DNA from: an uncultured delta proteobacterium
Lineage (GTDB): Bacteria > Desulfobacterota > Binatia > Binatales > Binataceae
Direction of reading: 5' to 3'
DNA length: 64,000 nt
Assembly (NCBI GenBank): GCA_963733715.1
Contig: CAVTEN010000025.1
Span: 24,931-88,930 of the forward strand
Below are positions 58,562 to 64,000 of this stretch, piece by piece; positions within the stretch are counted from its first letter, which is position 1; each line of letters starts with the position of its first letter. The notes beneath the pieces were generated by a model that saw only the letters and a program-made list of their open reading frames with translations, was not told the origin of the DNA and made no database searches. The position numbers and the translations under genes were made by a program.

Positions 58562-59659
58562 ATGATCACACAGGGCGACGATTATCCGATTCATCAGACG
58601 CCAGAGCCGGTTCAGCAGGTATTCACCAGCGACCGCAACTTTTACGATCGATTTTTTTTCAACGGATATTTCCGCGAGGGCGAGCCGTACTTCGCGCTCG
58701 CGATGGGAATTTATCCGAACGTCGGAATCATCGATTGCGCGTTCAGCGTCGTCGTCGGCGGCGTGCAACATTGCGTGCGCGCGTCGCGGGTGCTCGGCGC
58801 CGAGCGGATGGATACGCGAGTCGGCCCGATCTCAATCGAGATCGTACGCCCAATGCGCTCGATGCGCATTCGCGTCGATCATGAAACCGTAAAGGCCGAC
58901 CTGATGTTCGAGGCGCGCGCCGACGCGATCGAGGAGCCTCGCTTTTCGCGCCGCGCCGGTCCGCGGCTCATCATGGATCTGACGCGCTTCACGCAGCACG
59001 GCGGTTACAGCGGCAGCCTGACTGTCGCCGGCAAGACCTACGATGCTCAACCGTCGCGAGTGTGGGGTTCGCGCGATCGCTCGTGGGGCGTGCGCGGAAT
59101 CGGCCCGCAGGATCCCGCGGGAGTGCCGTCACCGACGCCCGTGATGGGCCAGTTCTACTGGCTCTGGTCGCCGACGAATTTCGAGGACGTCTGCACGCAT
59201 TGCGACTGCAATGAAAATGCCGACGGCTCGCGATGGCACCAGTTCGGCGCCGTCACGCAAGCCGAGCCCGGTGCACCGCTGGATCTCGCGACGGGAGTCG
59301 ATTTCAACATCAACTATGCCCCGGGAACGCGCCACGCGAAGACCGCCGAGATAATTTTGCGCAGCCCGCGCGCCGGCGAAAGCCGCATCGAACTGAAGAC
59401 GCTCTACAACTTCTACATGCAGGGCATCGGCTACTTTCATCCGAAGTGGGGCCACGGAATGTACGTCGGCCCCGACGTCTCGACCTACGAGTCATTCAAA
59501 ACCGCCGACGTCAACGAGCGCGACCTGATGCATCAGCACATCCAGGCCGTCTGTCAGGCGAAAATGGGCTCGCGCGAAGGGATGGGGATTCTCGAGATGG
59601 CGATCCTCGGGCCGCACGAGCGCAGCGGCTTCAAGGAATTTCTCGACATGCACAAGTAG
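58562..59659 (+). CDS. Conserved hypothetical protein (365 aa), function unknown
   Basis: Long ORF with ordinary composition and SD ggaggag upstream. No motif I can assign. Confidence 0.6.
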   Translation: MITQGDDYPIHQTPEPVQQVFTSDRNFYDRFFFNGYFREGEPYFALAMGIYPNVGIIDCAFSVVVGGVQHCVRASRVLGAERMDTRVGPISIEIVRPMRSMRIRVDHETVKADLMFEARADAIEEPRFSRRAGPRLIMDLTRFTQHGGYSGSLTVAGKTYDAQPSRVWGSRDRSWGVRGIGPQDPAGVPSPTPVMGQFYWLWSPTNFEDVCTHCDCNENADGSRWHQFGAVTQAEPGAPLDLATGVDFNINYAPGTRHAKTAEIILRSPRAGESRIELKTLYNFYMQGIGYFHPKWGHGMYVGPDVSTYESFKTADVNERDLMHQHIQAVCQAKMGSREGMGILEMAILGPHERSGFKEFLDMHK

Positions 59660-59678
59660 CGGACTGGCCGCCGCGTCT

Positions 59679-59981
59679 TTAGTTCCTGAGCTTGCCGAGC
59701 ATGCGCCCGACGAATCCTTCCGGCTTTTTTTCTTCGACGGGCGCAGGCTCGCGGCCTTCTTTCAGCGCCGCGAAAATTTCTTCGACTTCGCCGTCAACCG
59801 GGAATCGGCCGGTGCTGGATTTCGAGAACACCAGCCGTCCGTTCACGATCACGTCGAACTGACCCGATTTGCCGGCGGTGATTTCCGCCTTCTCGCCGAA
59901 CCTGGAATCCAATGATGCGGCCAGACTGGCCGCGCGTGGTTTGTAGCCTCAAGCAGAGCAGTAGAGAATTTCTGTAGCCAT
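59679..59981 (-). CDS. SelW-like (Rdx family) selenoprotein; in-frame TGA (59949-59951) read as selenocysteine
   Basis: Extending track ORF 59679..59912 upstream in frame gives MATEILYCSA-U-GYKPRAASLAASL..., the CxxU motif of SelW/Rdx proteins. SECIS-like hairpin downstream. ...GQFDVIVNGRLVFSK...GRFP is typical of the family. Confidence 0.8.
59917..59933 (-). promoter_or_regulatory. Candidate bacterial SECIS hairpin
   Basis: Minus strand GCGGCCA-GUC-UGGCCGC, a perfect 7-bp stem starting 16 nt after the UGA. Confidence 0.55.
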
Positions 59982-60016
59982 AGTTAAAGCCTACCGCCCA
60001 TCGAGCGCCGTACAAA

Positions 60017-60580
60017 CTACTTGCCGTTAGGAATATCGACGAACACCGCCGCCGCGACCACCGACGACCACAGCCCGTCGCGATCGCCAATCGCCGACTG
60101 CGTCACGTTGCGCGTCGTCACGATCTTGTCCGACATGCGCCAGATATCCTTGCGCTCGTCGTAGCTTAGATTCGGATCGAAATCGACGCCGAGGATTGTC
60201 GCGAGCATCATCGCCGCCAGATCCTCGGCATAGTCGCCCGCCTTCTGATCGGTCTCGCCCGTGCTGTGATGCTCCGACAGGTATCCGTACTGCGCAGGAT
60301 TGCTCGGCAGCGCCACGCCCACCGACGACGCGATCAGCCGATGCGGTTCGTTGGTCGCGTTATCGCTCATCACCGCAAAAACAATTTGCCCCGGCGTCAG
60401 GTACTTCAGGCCTTCCTGCTGGCTGAGCAGTTTGCAGTTCGGCGGAAAAATCGATTTGACCCGCACGAGGTTGAACTCGGCAATCCCGGCGGAACGCAAC
60501 GCGAGCTCGAAAGAAGTCAGCTTCTCGCGATGCCGTCCCACGCCTTTCGTCAGAAATGTTCCCTTCGGGATCGGCCCCAT
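60017..60580 (-). CDS. pdaD: Pyruvoyl-dependent arginine decarboxylase
   Basis: 187 aa. [37 protein letters not shown] matches the PdaD self-processing region from memory. Confidence 0.75.
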   Translation of the reverse strand: MGPIPKGTFLTKGVGRHREKLTSFELALRSAGIAEFNLVRVKSIFPPNCKLLSQQEGLKYLTPGQIVFAVMSDNATNEPHRLIASSVGVALPSNPAQYGYLSEHHSTGETDQKAGDYAEDLAAMMLATILGVDFDPNLSYDERKDIWRMSDKIVTTRNVTQSAIGDRDGLWSSVVAAAVFVDIPNGK

Positions 60581-60665
60581 TTATTTTCTCTCCGATCGAT
60601 CTCGCTGGTCGCGGCGGTTGATTTTCACGGTCCGTTTTCTTTTATACGAATCCGCCCGTCCTACG

Positions 60666-62339
<1,674 letters not shown>

Positions 62340-62343
62340 CGTC

Positions 62344-62847
62344 CTACTCGATAACGATCATAAGCTGGCCCTTTTCGACCGCCTGCCCCGCGACCACCTT
62401 CACTTCCACGACCTTGCCGGCCTTGGGCGATTTGACTTCGTTTTCCATCTTCATCGCTTCGACCACGATAATTCCCTGGTCCGCTTTGACTTCGTCTCCC
62501 GGCGCGACCAGCACGTTGACGACCCGGCCCGGCATCGCGGATTTTATTTCCACGCGCCCGCTGACTTCGCGCCGCTTGCCGGCCGCGCGCGCCGTCCGCC
62601 GCGCCGCGTCGGCGACTGTCAGCCGCGTCGATCCGCTTCGCGAGGCGACCACAGTTTCCTCGCCGTCGCGCGCCACGTCGAAATCGAACGATCGATTGTC
62701 GACGATCACCGAAAACGAGACCGGCCCGACCTTGCGCAAATCGGCCTCGAAACTATTTTCGCCGAAGCGAATCGCGAACGAGTTCGCGGCGAGCTCTTCA
62801 ATCTCGATTTCGTGCTCGGTGCCGTCAAGAATCGCGACGTATCGCAT
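62344..62847 (-). CDS. Biotin carboxyl carrier domain protein
   Basis: C-terminal biotinyl motif [11 protein letters not shown]. Start assumed at ATG 62847 (MRYVAILDG...), 14 nt after the upstream TAG. Confidence 0.75.
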   Translation of the reverse strand: MRYVAILDGTEHEIEIEELAANSFAIRFGENSFEADLRKVGPVSFSVIVDNRSFDFDVARDGEETVVASRSGSTRLTVADAARRTARAAGKRREVSGRVEIKSAMPGRVVNVLVAPGDEVKADQGIIVVEAMKMENEVKSPKAGKVVEVKVVAGQAVEKGQLMIVIE

Positions 62848-62861
62848 CTGTAAGTGTCCGG

Positions 62862-64000
62862 CTATCTCCGCAGCATGTCGAGCCGGCCGAGCATCCGCCA
62901 CGCGGACGCATTCGGCGCGGCTGCCGGCTGCGCGCCGGCGCCATTGCTGTGATTGGTGTTCTTCTGCGCCGCGATCGCCGCGAGGAAAATCGCCGCCAGC
63001 TCGGCACCGCGCGGCGCCGCGCCGTTTTGATTCGGATGATACTCGTGATTGATAAAATTCGTATCGAAGTCGCCCTTCAGAAACTTCGGATGCGTCATGA
63101 TCCAGCGATGGAAGTCGAGGTTGGTGCGCAGCTCACCCGTAATCACGAATTCGCCGAGCGCGCGCCGCATGCGGTCGATCGCCTGATCGCGATCCGCGCC
63201 CCACACCGCCAGCTTGGAGATCATCGGGTCGTAAAAGACCGGCACTTCGGCGCCCGCGTACACGCCCGCGTCGTTGCGCACGCCCGGACCGTCGGGAAAT
63301 CTCAGCGTCTCGATCTTCCCGGGCGCAGGTACGAAGCCTGCCGCAGGATCTTCCGCGTAGATTCGGCACTCGATCGCCCATCCGCGCTGCGCGAGATCCT
63401 TCTGCTTGAACGGCAGCTTCGCGCCCGCCGCTATTTCGATTTGCGTGCGCACGAGGTCGATGCCGGTGACCAGCTCGGTTACAGGATGCTCGACCTGGAT
63501 GCGCGTGTTCATTTCGAGGAAATAAAAATTGCGGTCCGCATCGACCAGGAACTCGATCGTGCCAGCGCTGACGTAGTTCACCGCTTTCGCCGCGCGCACC
63601 GCGACCTCGCCCATCTCCGCCCGCATCTTCGGCGTGATAAACGGCGACGGCGATTCCTCGACGACCTTCTGATTGCGCCGCTGAATCGAGCATTCGCGCT
63701 CGAATAGATGAACGGTGTTGCCTTGCGAATCGGCCAGCACCTGCACTTCGATATGGCGCGGCTGCTTGAGAAATTTCTCGACGTAAAAGCGACCGTCGCC
63801 GAATGACGACTTGGCTTCGCTCGCGACCGTGCGCACCACCGACGCGAGGTCCTTGCCGTTCTCGACGAATCGCAGGCCCTTGCCGCCGCCGCCCGCGGCC
63901 GCTTTCACCATGATCGGATACCCGATCTTTTTCGCGATCGCCGCGACTTCCGCCTCGGTCTCGAGCGTTCCGGGCGAGCCAGGCACGACAGGCACTCCGG
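62862..64000 (-). CDS. Biotin carboxylase (acyl-CoA carboxylase alpha chain), C-terminal two thirds; 5' end outside window
   Basis: ATP-grasp motifs YPIMVKAAAGGGGKGLR, ECSIQRRNQKVVEE, EMNTRIQVEHPVTE. Frame is open to the window edge. Confidence 0.9.
   Translation of the reverse strand, partial: GVPVVPGSPGTLETEAEVAAIAKKIGYPIMVKAAAGGGGKGLRFVENGKDLASVVRTVASEAKSSFGDGRFYVEKFLKQPRHIEVQVLADSQGNTVHLFERECSIQRRNQKVVEESPSPFITPKMRAEMGEVAVRAAKAVNYVSAGTIEFLVDADRNFYFLEMNTRIQVEHPVTELVTGIDLVRTQIEIAAGAKLPFKQKDLAQRGWAIECRIYAEDPAAGFVPAPGKIETLRFPDGPGVRNDAGVYAGAEVPVFYDPMISKLAVWGADRDQAIDRMRRALGEFVITGELRTNLDFHRWIMTHPKFLKGDFDTNFINHEYHPNQNGAAPRGAELAAIFLAAIAAQKNTNHSNGAGAQPAAAPNASAWRMLGRLDMLRR

Overview
High-GC bacterial chromosome segment, mostly housekeeping and catabolic genes. 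The one clear accessory region is an AT-richer element of about 9.9 kb (34792-44781) inserted into the 3' end of tRNA-Ala(GGC). It is bounded by a perfect 50-bp direct repeat and carries a P4-type tyrosine integrase. Apart from a DUF2829/Tad2-like protein and a PD-(D/E)xK-like nuclease, its ORFs are ORFans, including a tightly coupled 8-gene operon with no terminase, portal, packaging NTPase or replicase signature I can recognise. This is my best candidate for an undescribed small temperate virus or satellite. Host features: (1) a cobalamin lower-ligand/salvage set (btuB behind a canonical cobalamin riboswitch, cobU, cobS, cobT, bluB); (2) two selenoproteins hidden by in-frame TGA, a GrdB/PrdB-like UxxC protein and a SelW-like CxxU protein, each with a SECIS-like hairpin; (3) three tandem secreted collagen-like (G-X-Y) paralogs with a shared Cys-containing C-terminal domain; (4) a LemA/TPM/TPM/membrane cluster; (5) a TetR-linked cluster with three atypical SDR paralogs, GSTs, a CoA-transferase and an enoyl-CoA hydratase; (6) recN-nadK, nfo, trpS, proS, a peptide-type ABC importer, and methylmalonyl-CoA mutase with biotin carboxylase. 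Several intergenic repeat families are present: a 3-copy structured ~90-nt element, a GC-rich REP-like family with one copy inside a gene, and a 238-bp MITE-like hairpin. At least 15 frameshifts in 12 genes suggest consensus indel errors in the assembly, so pseudogene calls are provisional. All calls come from reading the sequence and from motif memory; no searches were run.
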